Made by a program: the position numbers and the translations under genes
NCBI GenBank assembly: GCA_951406725.2
Contig: OX597817.1
Span: forward strand, 139,810,001-139,874,000
Direction: 5' to 3'
DNA from: Octopus vulgaris
Lineage: Eukaryota
DNA: 64,000 nt
Notes under the pieces: generated by a model
The model's input: only the letters and a program-made list of their open reading frames with translations
Databases searched by the model: none
What the model was told of the DNA's origin: nothing
Shown: piece by piece, positions 25,266 through 38,632 of the stretch
How the letters are laid out: the number at the start of each line of letters is the position of its first letter
Position numbering within the stretch: the first letter of the stretch is position 1

Positions 25266-25744
25266 AATTGATTCACTCATTATTTAACTTATTCTTTGTG
25301 ATTAGGCCATTCCCCCCTCCCCCCATGGAATTGAGAAACACTGACAATTCGAGTTTCTCACTTCAACCAGGATGCTGCTCTGCGAGTCCCTTTTGATGGT
25401 TGTCCTGTTCTGTTGACCAATTTTACTCAACAATCAATGCTCAAGATTGACATTAGTCACATTCATCTCACAAATTAGATGCGCATGAAACAGTGCTGAG
25501 CACTCTTCTTTCTCCTTCGGCACAACCATTGAGTATACGTCTACCTCTGAAAGCAACCTCCCTGCGTAGTAATCCCCACTTATGTAACCACCTCCCTCTA
25601 CGATAACACCCTGCCTCTGGAAACTACCTCCCTGTATGGTAACATCCCACTCATAAAAGTTGCCTTTCTGTTATATATATATAACATGATGATGATGAAA
25701 AAAAACAGATATATAATAACAGATAATAACTTTATTTATCAAAA

Positions 25745-26085
25745 AGTGCAATGAGTATAAAAATAAACCTTCTTTTCTATAATGTTACTCAATAAAGCCA
25801 CCTTCAGCTTCAACAACTGCTTCTATATGAGATCTAAATCATCTACATGCTCGAATCAAGTGGTCCTGGTTCATTTTGGACATTACTCTGACTATGGCAG
25901 CTTTCAAAGAACCTGTGGTGTTATGGGCATGTTCATTGACCTCTCTCTCAACAATACTCCACATATAATAGTCCAGTGGATTGAGATCTGGGGAATTAGG
26001 AGGCCAAATGTTAGGGGTTATGTGATCATGAAAATTTTCAGCCATCCATTCCTGTGTTACTAGAGCCATGTGTGATAGTGCAGTC
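25745..26085 (-). pseudogene. Tc1/mariner transposase C-terminal remnant
   Basis: WPPNSPDLNPLDYYMWSIVEREVN motif. Confidence 0.85.
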
Positions 26086-26279
26086 TTACTGAAACACACA
26101 TGGCTTGCCATGAAGAAGAAATATGAAATAATGTTTTTCTCTGTTGACAGTAACCTTGTGTAGGTGAAACCCAAACTGCACTAATGGTTTGCGAGTTTTA
26201 TAAACAAGCAGGATATATGTGAAAGAGAAGGATGTTAAGCCCTCATCCAACTGCAAAAGTATTGAGTAGCCCATCAGTC

Positions 26280-27415
26280 ATCATCATCATTTAACGTCCG
26301 TTTTCCATGCTGGCATGGGTTGGAGGGTTTGACTAAGGACTAGCAAGCCAGGAGGCTGCACCAGGCTCCAATCTGATCTGGCAATGTTTCTACAGCTGGA
26401 TGCCCTTCCTAATACCAACCACTCTGAGAGTGTAGTGGGTGCTTTTTACGTGCCACTGGCATCGACCATGTTTAGATGGTGCTTTTTACGTGCCACCTGC
26501 ACAGGAGCCAGTTGGATGGGGGACTGGCATAGACCACATTCAGATGATGCTTTTTATGTGCCCAGCCAGGTGGCACTGGCATCGACCCACACTTGAATGG
26601 TGCTTATTACATGCCACCAGCACAGGTGTCAGTCAGGCCACAACTACAATTTCCATTTTCATTACAATTTTGATTTGATTTGATTTAAATTCTACTCAAT
26701 AGTTCTTCTCAAGTGCAACGTATTGCCTGGTGATGCAAGGGTACTTTTAAATGGGCACCGGTATAAGTTATGGCTATGATCTGAACTTTACTTGCCAGGT
26801 TTTTCAATCACAGCATATCTCCAAAGGTCTTGGTCTCCTGTCCTTGCCTCTGTAAGGCCCAACGTTCAAAGGTCATGCTTCACCACCTCATCTCATGTCT
26901 TCCTGGGTCTCCCTCTTCCATAGCTTTCTTCCACTGTTAGGGAGTGACACTTCTTCATACAGCTCTCCTCATCCATATGCAGCACATGACCATACCGGTG
27001 CAGTCGTCTCTTGTACACCAAATCTGATGCTTCTTATGCCCAACATTTCTCTCAGGGTGCTTACACTTTATCACGTATGCACACTGACATTACACATCCA
27101 GTGGTTCATACTAGCTTCATTTCTTGCAGGCCTACGTATGTCCTCAACAGTCATGGCCCATGTTTCACTGCTGTGTAGCATGGCTCTTCAAACACCTGCC
27201 TTATACAGTCTACCTTTCACTCTGAGCGAGAGACCCTTTGTTACTAGCAGAGGTAGGAGCTTTCTGAACTTTGCCCAGGCTATTCTTATTCTAGTGGCAA
27301 CATTCTCAGAGCATCCACTCCACTACAGAATTGATTACCTAGGTAGAGGAAGCTATCAACTACTTCTAGTTTCTCTCACTGGCATGTGATTGCCACTGTG
27401 CATCTGCTGCATACA
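26280..27415 (-). mobile_element. 5'-truncated RTE LINE
   Basis: ORF end (EVVDSFLYLG, AWAKFRKLLPLL), 3' UTR repeats, (CAT)n. Confidence 0.85.
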
Positions 27416-27477
27416 AAAACTCTCAAATTAATGTAAAGCTGATTTTTATGATAAATGAACATAAAAACAAACATTAG

Positions 27478-27553
<76 letters not shown>

Positions 27554-28423
27554 TATCATCATTTAACATCCTACTTCCTTTCTAGTCTGGATTGGACAGT
27601 TCAAAAGGACCCAATGAGCCAGAGGCCTGCATCAAGCGCCAATATCTGTTTTGGTCTACATTCTATAGCTGGATGTCCTTTATAACACCAACTACTTTAC
27701 AGAGTGTGGACTGGGTGCTTTTTTCATGCCATTGGTATTAGTGAGGTCACCAAGTTACTTGTAAGGCAAAAGACCCCACCTTCAACTGAGTGGTGAGTCT
27801 AGTAGAGTGAAAGGTAGTTTTATGCCAGGTGTTGAGAGGCTAAAGTATGATAGAGAGACAGGTGTCTTGTTATAGAGGAGGTTCATGCCACAGCCCCAGG
27901 TGGAAAGAGAGGTGGCAGGGTGTGCTCACAATATACAGGATGGGGAATATGAAGGAGAGAATAGGGACAGAAGATTAGGAAGGGTGGGTGGGTAGGTAAG
28001 TTTTTGAGTGTGAAAGGAGAGGGTTTGTTGGGTAGATAGGAGGAATAGAAGTGAATGCAGTGAAAGGTGGGTGTGTGGTCAATGGGGAATATTAATTTGG
28101 AGGAGGTGAGGTGAAGGAGATAGGAAGTCTGGAAAGAGGAGGGAACAGTAGAAATCCATGAAGTCAGAGACTGGTCTGTAAAGTTTTGCATCAGTTTTGC
28201 TCCCCCCCTTTATGGACAAAGTGTATTATAGCTTTTAACATTTTGTGAAGTTTGTCACATGCAAGGAAGTTCTAGCAAAATGTCTGTTGTAATTTAGCAA
28301 GAGCTTTCTTACATGTCACTAAAAGAATAAAAAAAGACAACCCTCGGAGCCAATTGTTGAGTCCAACCTGTCAGTGGCTGATATTACCTCCTCTTCTTTT
28401 ACATCAATGTAATCTGTGGTTGA

Positions 28424-28656
28424 AGGTGGCTAAATGGCAGAAACGTTAGCATGCTGGGTGAAACGCTTAGTGGTATTTCGTCTGTCGTTACGTTCTGAGT
28501 TCAAATTCCGCCGAGGTTGACTTTGCCTTTCATCCTTTCGGGGTCGATTAAATAAGTACCAGTTACGCAGTGGGGTCGATATAAACGACTTAATCTGTTT
28601 GTCTGTCTTTGTTTGTCCTCCCTGTGTTTAGCTCCTTGTGGGTAGTAAAGAAATAG
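28424..28656 (+). mobile_element. tRNA SINE type A with 15-bp TSD
   Basis: GTAATCTGTGGTTGA at 28409-28423 and 28657-28671. Confidence 0.9.
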
Positions 28657-29274
28657 GTAATCTGTGGTTGAGTCTTTCCCATGTGGATCTGAAAGGTTGA
28701 AGAAATCATCGGGTTCACTCATTTGCATATTTCCCCCTTGAAAGTGAAAACACTTTGGAATTGTTTCTTTAGCATTTTGTTTATTCTTAAGGGATCTGTA
28801 GTCAGCCAGTCGTTTTCTTCAAACAGTGGCCCTACCTTGTGGTGCACCAAGGAAGATTTTTTTGAAAATTTGTTGAAGGCTTTAGGGTTCTTCTTTGTAT
28901 TTCCAACTGCCCAGGTTTCTCTTTCTTCCCTTTCTGTTTCATAGGAAAGCCTGATTTTATTTTTAATCTGTAAAGGGGCCTTTTAAAGATGACATTTCTT
29001 GCTGTCATTCAGCTGTTTAAACAATTTGAGACAATCCTGTAATTTTGATAGAATTATACATATATTTTGTTTTTCTATTCATCCACACAAACACACACAC
29101 ACATACGTGCGCATATGTATTATTTATACACACACACATATATACATGTATACTAAAATACATGTATATCTAGATATCTATGTATGACATATTTATATAT
29201 ATATAATGCCTAACAGTATTGAGTACTTACATTTAATTGCATTTTACACCAATGTGATACAACTATCTCTTGCA

Positions 29275-29505
29275 CATGCACACACACACACACACTCACA
29301 TATATATATACATCCACCCACAAACATACATATATACATACTTACATACATGCATGCATATATACATACATGCATATATATATATACATGCACACATACA
29401 TACATACATACTTGCATATATACATACATGCATATATATATATATATACATATACATGCACACATACATACATACATACATACATACATATGTGCAAACA
29501 TGTAT
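29275..29505. repeat. compound (CA)/(TACA)/(TA) microsatellite
   Basis: Direct reading. Confidence 0.9.
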
Positions 29506-30358
29506 GTGAGGAATTAAAAAAAAAAGGAGGAGGGTAAATTTTCAGCAGTTGTTCTTGTTGCTAATGTTGGTGCCACACATTGCAGATACCAATGTATAAA
29601 TATATTCAAGGAAAGCTTTCTTCAATTGCAAAGGAACATCTTAAAAGTGTTGAAAGCTTTCTCAAATTCCACGTTGATAGGATCAGCATCGCTTCAAGAC
29701 ATGTATCCAATATTTTAGCTCTGATCTACTTTATTCCAGCTTCTTCACATTCACACTTGCTGATTCCTCATCATCTCTTACATCAGATATTGTATAATAG
29801 TCTCTCTCTCTCACTCTTCCCCTCTCTCTTTCTCTTTGTCTCACTCTTCCCTCTCTCTTTCTCTCTCTCTCTCCTGTTTATGATTTGTGTTAGTTTTCTC
29901 TCTTAAATGTAATTTCATAGTGGTACTGCTACCACCACCACCACCACTGCTGCTGCTGCTGCTGCTGCTACCACCACCACCATCACCTGGTGTTATTTAT
30001 TATTTATTATTATTGCTAAGATCAGTGTATTTCTTGTTCTTTCTGTTATTGATACTACTACTACTACTACTGACTTATTGATGTTGCTATTGTTATTTCT
30101 AATTATTATTATTATTATTGCGATGAGCTGGCAAAATTGTTAGCATGCCAGACAAAATGCTTAGCATCATTTTGTCTGTCTTTATGTTCTAATCTCAAAA
30201 TCCACAGAAATTGACTTTACCTTTCATCCTTTTGGGGTCAAAATATGTAGCATTTGAGCACTAGGGGTGATTGTAATCAACTTAATTCCTTCCTTGCAAT
30301 TGCTAGTCTTGGACCAAAATTGGGCGCCGTTATTATTATTATTGTTATTATTATTATT

Positions 30359-30897
30359 GAGTGAGAGAGCAGTGCATGCCATCAAAGCGACACTGGGATA
30401 CAGATATATGAAGCCCAATATACCCATCATGACTACCCGTCTGTCAAGGGTACACCAGGCACATGTATCACAACCACATGTGTGCAACATGGTGATCTCA
30501 TATCAAGATAAACAGTGCCTGACCTTGTAGGTGGGGCCCAGTTAGAATTTTCTTTAGGCTGAGCAGCCCATTCCATTCAAAATGTCCCTGAATAAGGTTT
30601 GTTTAAGGATGGTGAACAAAACACCCATGTTTCCAAAGGTGAATTATTCAAGCTCCAAAGAATTCCTCTCAACACATGGTTATGATGCAACCTCACTTCT
30701 CATGCTTGTGATCAAAGATGTGTATATCATCAGTGACCAAGGGACATGCTCAACTTGTTATGGTCAAGCAACTGCTAATGAAATCTGAGCAGAATATTTA
30801 TTTCTTTTTATACCAAAACAAAACACATTTTAACACTTCCATTCATTTAAGCTGAGAAGCCATGGGAGCCACTGCCTGGTACTGCATCAGAGAATTT
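30359..30897 (-). mobile_element. ~540-560-bp non-coding (TAA)n-associated element, copy 1
   Basis: Collinear with 38030-38587, with the same two ends. Confidence 0.8.
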
Positions 30898-30902
30898 ATT
30901 AA

Positions 30903-32060
30903 TACAGAAGATGTTGCACAGTATCCAATATTGCGATGTAGATTGAAGATAGTTTGTGTACCAGGGATTTATACTGTCTGTCAAGTCACAACAAGGACCT
31001 CAGACAGACAGTACTTTACACAATATGTGTGCAGTTTCAAACAAAGCCAATTTTTGCAATACACCAAGTTTGCAGAGTATTTCTAAAGAGTCCAGATGTT
31101 TCTTCAGGTTGGGTGGTATTGAACCCAATGCTCTGATGACAATAGAGATAACCTTTATATTTGACTCTCGTAGCTGCCACATCTTGGTAATCTCAATTCT
31201 CAGGTCTCCATATTTATCAATCTTTTCTTTTTCTATGTCAGATTTTGGGCGGTGAATCCTAGATCCTGTCATTATTTTTCTTATTTTCCTGTCTATTTTG
31301 GTTAGTTCATTTAGTGTCCAGTTAAGGATATTGTAGCTGTAACTTATAACTGAGACGGCTAGAGTATTGATACCTATTATCTTGTTTTTAGCATTGAGCT
31401 CTGTTTTTATTATTGATCTAACTCGTCTGTAGTATTCTTTCTTTATTTTCTCTTTCATTTGTGTGTGTTGTGTCTTATCTAGTTCATGGATTTCTAAATA
31501 TTTGTATGTCTGGCTTTAGTCTAATTCTCTTATTTCATTGGCTTTATCTAGCATGATGTTGCTATTCTTAACTAGTTTCCCTCTTTTCAGGGTTGCTTTG
31601 GCACATTTTTCTAATCCAAATTTCATATCTATTTCTATATTGTCTGTAGTAGTGTTTCCAGCTGTTTATCATTTGTAGTGTATAGTTTTAGGTCATCCAT
31701 ATATAAAAGGTGGCTGATCATTTTGCCGTAACCATCCGAACGTGGCCGTAGCCAGTACCGCATCGACTGGCCTCCGTGCTGTGGGCACGCAACAAACACC
31801 ATCCGATCGTGGCCGTTCGCCAGCCTAACACCATCTGAGCGTGGCCGTCCGCCAGCCTCTGGCCTGGTGCAGCCTTCGGGCTCCCAGACCCCAGTTGAAC
31901 CGTCCAACCCATGCTAGCATGGAAAACAGACGCTAAATGATGATGATGATGATGATGATTTGTATCCGCATCCAGTTCTATTTAGCATATCAGACAGAGG
32001 TGTCAGTGCCAAGCAGAAAAGGAGTGGAGAGAGCGTATCTCCCTGGAATATTCCTCCTAT
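30903..32060 (-). mobile_element. Dong/R4 fragment with RT core, internal deletion and RTE insertion
   Basis: GIFQGDTLSPLLF, ISHLLYMDDLKLY, KEYYRRVRSIIKTELNAKNK; deletion joins HRPKSDIE to KEKIDKYGDL. Confidence 0.9.
31733..31958 (+). mobile_element. RTE 3' end inserted in the Dong RT
   Basis: CCAACCCATGCTAGCATGGAAA...(GAT)n terminus lying between the two RT motifs. Confidence 0.75.
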
Positions 32061-32289
32061 TATTATTATTATTAGCTGGTATATTTTTATGCACATCAGA
32101 CAAAATGCTTAGTAGCATTTCATCCGTCTCTGAGTTCAAATTCTGTTGACTTTACCTTTTCATCCTTTTGGGGTCAGTAGAATAAGTACTAGTGAAACAC
32201 TGGGATCAGTGTAATCGATGTACCCCCTTCCCAAACCCGCTGGTCTTATGCCAAAATTTGAAACCATTATTATTATTATTATTAATTTT

Positions 32290-32854
32290 TTTTTTTTCTT
32301 CTTTCAAATTTGCTTCCATTTCTTGCCGAGTGTCTTCCTGACTCCTAGGGCAAAGAAACTCATAGTATACAATGGTAGGCCATTAAACCAAACTCAGTAG
32401 TTCGTTCATTTTTTTTTTTTTAAAGTTAAATTAAAATACATGAGCAGCAACAGTTCTCACATCGACAATGCTCTTCTCAATACGTGTGATGTACCAGTTA
32501 AGACAATCTTTTGCACTTCTTGCTGGGATGGTAAGCCAGGGATCATTCTCATATAATTTTCGGTTCCCTTCTTGATCATTCCTAGTGCTCCTATGATCAC
32601 TGGTATTGTAACCGCCTTGAGATGCCACATTTTCTCAATTTCAATGAGTAGGTCTTTATATTTTCTGAGCTTGTCAAACTCTTTCGCTGAGATATTATGA
32701 TCACAGGGGATGCTCATGTCGATCAATAAGCAAACTTTATTGTTTTTGTCTTTCACAACAATATCTGGTTTATTGGCCTTGATGGTTCGGTCTGTATGTA
32801 CTGGAAAGTCCCACAGAATGGTTACATTTTCTCCTTCAGTTACAGCCTCAGGGT

Positions 32855-32856
<2 letters not shown>
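32290..32856 (-). mobile_element. Dong/R4 RLE 3' fragment (ALSM* family)
   Basis: ILWDFPVHTDRTIKANKPDIVVKD..LLIDMS, KYKDLLIEIEKMW; (TAA)n flanks. Confidence 0.9.
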
Positions 32857-32895
<39 letters not shown>

Positions 32896-32919
32896 GTTGT
32901 TGTTGTTGTTGTTATTAAA

Positions 32920-33125
32920 AAAGCAGTGAACTGGCAAATTTTTAAGCACATCGGACAAAATGCTGCTAAGCATTTTGTCCATCTTTATATTCAGGGTTCA
33001 AATTCTTTACCTTTTATTCTTTTGGGGGTTGATAAAAAAAGTAGCAGTCAATTACTGGGGGTCGATGTAATTGACGATCCCCCTCCACATAAATTTCAGT
33101 TCTTGTGCCTCTCCTAGAATGGGTT
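32920..33125 (+). mobile_element. diverged SINE type B
   Basis: GGGTTCAAATTC B-box and shared domain. Similar diverged copies at 18770, 30118, 32095, 37840 and 62625. Confidence 0.6.
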
Positions 33126-33799
33126 GTTATTATTATTGATATTGTTCCTGTTGTATTTATTTGTTTAGGACTGAAGAACAAAAGAAAGAAAGATATGCCA
33201 AGACAATAGCAGAGATGAAGAAGTTTATTCCAAGTAAGAAAATACCATTTATTCATTTATTTTTGAAAATGAGTTTTATTTATGTGTGTATGTGTTTGTG
33301 TTGATTCTGTTTGATATTCACAATGATGTAGTAGTAGTAGTAATAATAATAATAATGACAGTAATAATAATGATAACTATAATAATAATAAATTGGTGAA
33401 TAATATTTTTCAAGAAAATATGCATAGAGCAATTATTTTGAGAAAAAATAAAAAGTAATTACATGCAAAGTGTTCTATAATTAAATTTCTGTTATGATAT
33501 ATATTTTATAATGATAGCAAACAAGCCTGCTCTGAACATGTGCATGTAGATTGAGGGAGGGAGGTGGGGTGGCGGAGAGAGCACTTGCCCTGGGTGTCAG
33601 GGTGACCGTGACTTTATGGGGTTTCCAGGAGCAGCCTTTGGAAGTCTACCCCATGATGGGGGAATTTTCTTGTTACAGTTGTTTTTGGTCGTTGGTTATT
33701 TTATTGTTTACATATGTTCATGTAACTCCACATCATATTGTACTGTATCATTCTCTGCCATCCTTGATTTGTTTGTAAAGCCTTAGTAAATAATAATGA

Positions 33800-36712
33800 C
33801 ATCATCATCATCATCATCATCACCGTTTAACGTCCGTTTTCCGCGCTAGCACGGGTTGGATGGTTCGACCGGAGTCTGGGAAGCCAGGGTCTGCACCAGG
33901 CTCCAGTCTGATCTGGCAGTGTTTCTACAGCTGGATGCCCTTCCTAATGCCAACCACTCCACAAGTGTAGTGGGTGCTTTTTACGTGCCACCGGCCAGGT
34001 GCCAGGGGAGTCTGGCATTGGCCACGATCGGTTGGTGCTTTTAATGTGCCACCGGCATGGAAGCCAGCCAAGGCGGTGCTGGCATCGGCCATGTTCGGAT
34101 GGTGCTTTTTATGTGCCACTGGCACAGAAGCCAGTTGAGGTGGCGCTGGCATCAGCCACGTTCGGATGGTGCTTTTTATGTGCCACCGGCACAGGTATCA
34201 CAACTACTATTTCCATTGATATTTGTTTCGATGTTCATGTACATGTACTTGACTCAACAGGTCTCCTCAAGCACAGCGGGATGTTCTGGGATCCAAGGTA
34301 CTTTGAATGGGCAGGGGCTATGCGGAACTGGTGCAGGAAGCAGCTTGGGTCTTTGCAGTCACAGCACATCTCCAGAGATCTCGGTCTTTCGCCATTGCCT
34401 CAGTGAGGCCCAACGCTCTGAGGTCATGCTTGACTACCTCATCCCATGTCTTCCTAGGTCTACCTCTCCCCCTGATTCCTTCAACTGTTTGGGAGCGGCA
34501 CTTCTTCACACATCTCTCCTCATCCATCCGCAGTACATGACCATACCATCGCAAGCGTCACTCTTGCACACCACATCTGATGCTTCTTATGTCCAGCATT
34601 TCTCTCAGGGTGCTTTCACTCTGTCGTGCGTGCACACTGACATTACACATCCAGCGGATCATGCTAGCTTCATTTCTTTCAAGTCTACACATGTCCTCTG
34701 CAGTCATGGCCCATGTTTCACTACCGTGAAGCATGGCAGTTCGCACACATGCATCATACAATCTACCTTTCACTCTGAGTGAGAGACCCTTTGTCGCCAG
34801 TAGGGGTAGGAGCTTTCTAAACTTTGCCCAGGCTATTCGTATTCTAGTGGTGACACTCTCTGAGCATCCACCTCCACTACTAACTTGGCCACCCAGGTAG
34901 CGGAAACTATCGACTACTTCTAGTTTCTCCCCCTGGAGTGTGATGGAATCTGTTTTCTGAGTATTTGTGGTGTCTATTGTCCCTGTGCATCTGCTGCACA
35001 TGAAAGCTATCTTATCAGTTAATTTCCCTTTGATGTTGCTGCACCTCTTATGCGTCCATAGCTTACACTGGGTGCATCTCATGGAGTTTCTACCTACACC
35101 TTTCCTACAGATCGAGCAGGGCTACCTGCCCAATGGGGTGTGTGCTGAGTTCGCCTTTCTGCTTACTATAACTTTGGTCTTTGCTACATTTACTCTAAGG
35201 CCCTTTGATTCTAACCCTTGTTTCCACACCTGAAATTTCTTTTCTAGTTCCAGCAGTGATTCTGCTATGAGAACCAGGTCATCAGCATGGAGGAGCTCCC
35301 AGGGGCAACCTGTTTTGAATTCCTCTGTTATTGCTTGGAGGGCTATGATGGATAAAAGGGGACTGAGGGCTGAGCGTTGGTGTACACCTACTTCTACCCG
35401 GAATTCTTCACTATATTCGTTGCCAATCCTAACCTTGCTGACAGCCTCTCTGTATAGGGCCTGTACAGCCCTTATTAGCCATTCGTCAATCTCCATTTTC
35501 CGCATCGACCACCAGATAAGGGATCCAAGTCCACAAAAGCTATGTAGAGGGGTTTATCTTTAGCTAGGTATTTCTCCTGCAGTTGTCGGACCAGGAATAT
35601 AGCATCAGTGGTGCTTCTACCCGGCACAAAACCGAACTGCGTCTCATCTAAGCAAATTCTCTCCCTAATGAGATGGGTTATGACCCTCTCTGTGACCTTC
35701 ATCACCTGATCCAACAGTTTAATACCCCTGTAGTTATTTCTATCTAGAGCATCACCCTTACCCTTGTAGCAGTTGACTATGGTGCTGCTATGCCAGTCAT
35801 TGGGTATGACTCCATTATGAACTACCTGGTTTACAATACGGGTGACTATGGCATAGCCCACATAACCAGCTGTTTTAAACATCTCAGCAGTGATTCCTGA
35901 TGGGCCGGGGGCTTTACCTGGTTTCATACCCTTAATTGCCTTAACTACAAGGGAGCTGTCTATTTGGATAGCTGGTCCCTCTACTGGGTCAACATTTGGC
36001 AGGCTCTCCTCCCATTCATTCTCCACATTCAGCAGTCTTTCATAATGGCTTCTCCAAGCCTCTTTCTTTTCACCAACATTAAAAGCAAGTGCCCCATCAT
36101 CCATGCAGACACATTTCTCTCCTGTAACATCACTATTTTCTCTCACACACTGTCTAGCAATCCGAAATACCTCAGTTCTTTGGTCCTCACGTCGCTGGAC
36201 ATTGGCAAACTTCTTCTTTTCTGCTATATCTTTGGCTGTGTATACCTGCCGCCTGGCCTCCCTTTTGGCTACATGGTACAGTTCCCTGCTACCCCCATCC
36301 CTCCAGGCTTTCCAGGCCTGTTTCTTTGCACTAATGGCTTTGTCTACTGCACTATTCCACCACCACGTAACTCTAGGTCTGGAAGGTACTTTGCACCATC
36401 CACAGACTTGGTCTGTGGCTCTCAGCAAGCTGTCCCGTAGGAATTTCCAGCTACCTTCTATGTCCGACGTCTGTAGCTCCTCCTCCCACTCATCAAATTT
36501 CTTGATGAGGATGTCCCTAAATCTCTGACCATGTGAAGGGTTCTTTAGCTTCCAAATCCTTCTTTTCTGGATTGGTCTGTTTCTTGGAGTCCTTCTGGCC
36601 TCAAGCCTAAAGTCACTAATGATTAGCCTATGCTGAGGGATACATTCTTCACCTGGGAGGGTCTTTGTATTTAAGAGTGACCCTGCATCCCGCTGTCTGG
36701 TGAGGATGGTCA
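33800..36712 (-). mobile_element. RTE LINE, 2.9 kb, 5'-truncated, disrupted reverse transcriptase ORF
   Basis: End of APE domain (QHRLIISDF), KAPGPSGI, NYRGIKLL, QFGFVPGRSTTDAIF, GVHQ.S.LSP, ADDL, Cys-rich segment, UTR repeats, (GAT)n tail. Confidence 0.95.
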
Positions 36713-36788
36713 TCATCAAATTGTTATAATAATAATAATAATAACAACAACAACATGGACAGATAGATTATAATGTATGGTTTTGTAT

Positions 36789-37353
36789 TCTTTTATTCTT
36801 TTACTTGTTTCAGTCATTTGACTGCAGCCATGCTGGAGTACTGCCTTTAGATGAAAAAAATTAACCCCAGGACTTATTCTTTGTAAGCCTAGTACTTATT
36901 CTATCGGTCACTTTTGCCGAACCGCTAAGTTATGGGAACGTAAACACACCAGTATCGGTTGTCAAGTGATGATGAGGGGACAACCACAGACACACAAAAA
37001 CACATACACACATACATACATACATACATACATACATACTGTAAATTTAGAGTGAATACTTGATGAGTATAAGCACCTGTATATGCCAGAGGTGAGAGCT
37101 GAATTGTAGTACAGTATGGGTAGATTTTTGAAATCTAATGAATCTTTATACATTTATACAAATATACTTTTTCAAGGAGATATGATAAACCTTTTGTAAG
37201 GGGTAATACTACGTGTACATTTTATATTGTGATGTAACTCTGAAGAGATCTTTAAACCATCTTTTATATCAATAATACACTGATGTAATAACGGATTATT
37301 TATAAAGCTTGAAACACACATGTGCCATGATATCTTTTGTGTTCTGTTTTTAA

Positions 37354-37407
<54 letters not shown>

Positions 37408-37732
37408 TCTCCTTGTTTTTTCTGTGTCCCTTTCTGTAGAAGAGCGTAGGCTCGAAACGTAAAAGACTTTTTCTATTCCTGAGCGTTATACTATTATCTG
37501 TTATTTTTGTACACCACCTGTCTTCGTCTTTTGTTTTTTTCGTAAACTCTCCCTATATATATATCTATGATTGGCCTCTTTCAGTTTCTATCTACCAAAT
37601 CCACTCACAAGGCTTTGGTCGGTCTGAGGCTATAGTAGAAGACACTTGCCCAAGGTGCCATGCAGTGGGACTGAACCCAGAACCATGTGGTTGATAAGCA
37701 AGCTACTTACCACACAGCCACTCCTGCACCTG
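36789..37732 (-). mobile_element. OR2-like SINE split by a ~520-bp insertion in its internal microsatellite
   Basis: Tail 36789-37040, head 37570-37732. Confidence 0.8.
37405..37555 (+). mobile_element. short Penelope-like pLTR fragment in (TA)n with atypical minimal hammerhead motif
   Basis: CUUU-CUGUAGA-A-GAGC(GUAG)GCUC-GAAACGUA-AAAG at 37430-37465; (TA)n on both sides. Confidence 0.55.
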
Positions 37733-38029
37733 TATATGTTTGTGTTGTAGATGTGTCCTGATATTGGAGTGCCATGGTTTTATTTGCCTTTCTATTAACT
37801 GTTTCATAATGTGTGTATGTGTGTGTGTGTGGTGGCATTTCTTCTAGTTCTTTATGCTTTGAATTCAAATCCTGCCAAGCTCAGCTTTTCTTTTCATCCT
37901 TTTAGGATAAAAAAAGTAAGCGGCAACATTGAGCTTGAAATAACAGACTTGCTCCACTTCCCTAAAATTGCTGGCATTGTGCCAAAATTTAAAACCATTA
38001 TTATCCTTATTATTATTATTATTATTATT

Positions 38030-38587
38030 GAGTGAGAGAGCAGTGCATGCCATCAAAGTGACACTGGGGTAAAATATATGAAGCCCAGCATACCCATCAT
38101 GACTACCCGTCTGATAAGGGTACACCAGGCACATGTATCACAACCATATGTGTGCGACATGGTGATCTCATATCAAGATAAACAGCACATGACCTTGCAG
38201 GTGGAGCCCAGTTAAAATTTTCTTCAGGTCGAGTAACCCATACCACTTGAAAGGTCCCTGAATAAGGGTTGTTTAAGGATGTTGAACGAAACACCCATGT
38301 TTCCAGAGTTGAATTAATCAAACCCCAAAGAATCCCTCTCAACACACGGCTATGATGCTCCCCCACTACTTCTGCTTGTGATCAGAGATGCACATATCGC
38401 CAGCCACTAAGGGACATGCTCAACTGGTTAAGGTCAAACAACTGACAAGCAAATCTGTGGTATTGAGCAGAATATTTGCTGTAGCTCATCTTTTATACCA
38501 AGACAAAACAATGTACATGATAACACTTCCAATCAGTTAAGATCAGAAGCCACGAGAGCCACTGCCTGGTACTGCATCAGAGCATTT
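38030..38587 (-). mobile_element. ~560-bp non-coding (TAA)n-associated element, copy 2
   Basis: (TTA)n immediately on both sides; no ORF. Confidence 0.85.
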
Positions 38588-38597
38588 ATTATTATTA

Positions 38598-38632
<35 letters not shown>

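Noticed and set aside
38530-38587. U2 snRNA-like words (TAAGATCA, ATCAGTT, CCTGGTA.TGCA) at the end of the 560-bp element
   Set aside because: Short, not collinear with U2, and lacking the branch-recognition GTGTAGTA and Sm site.
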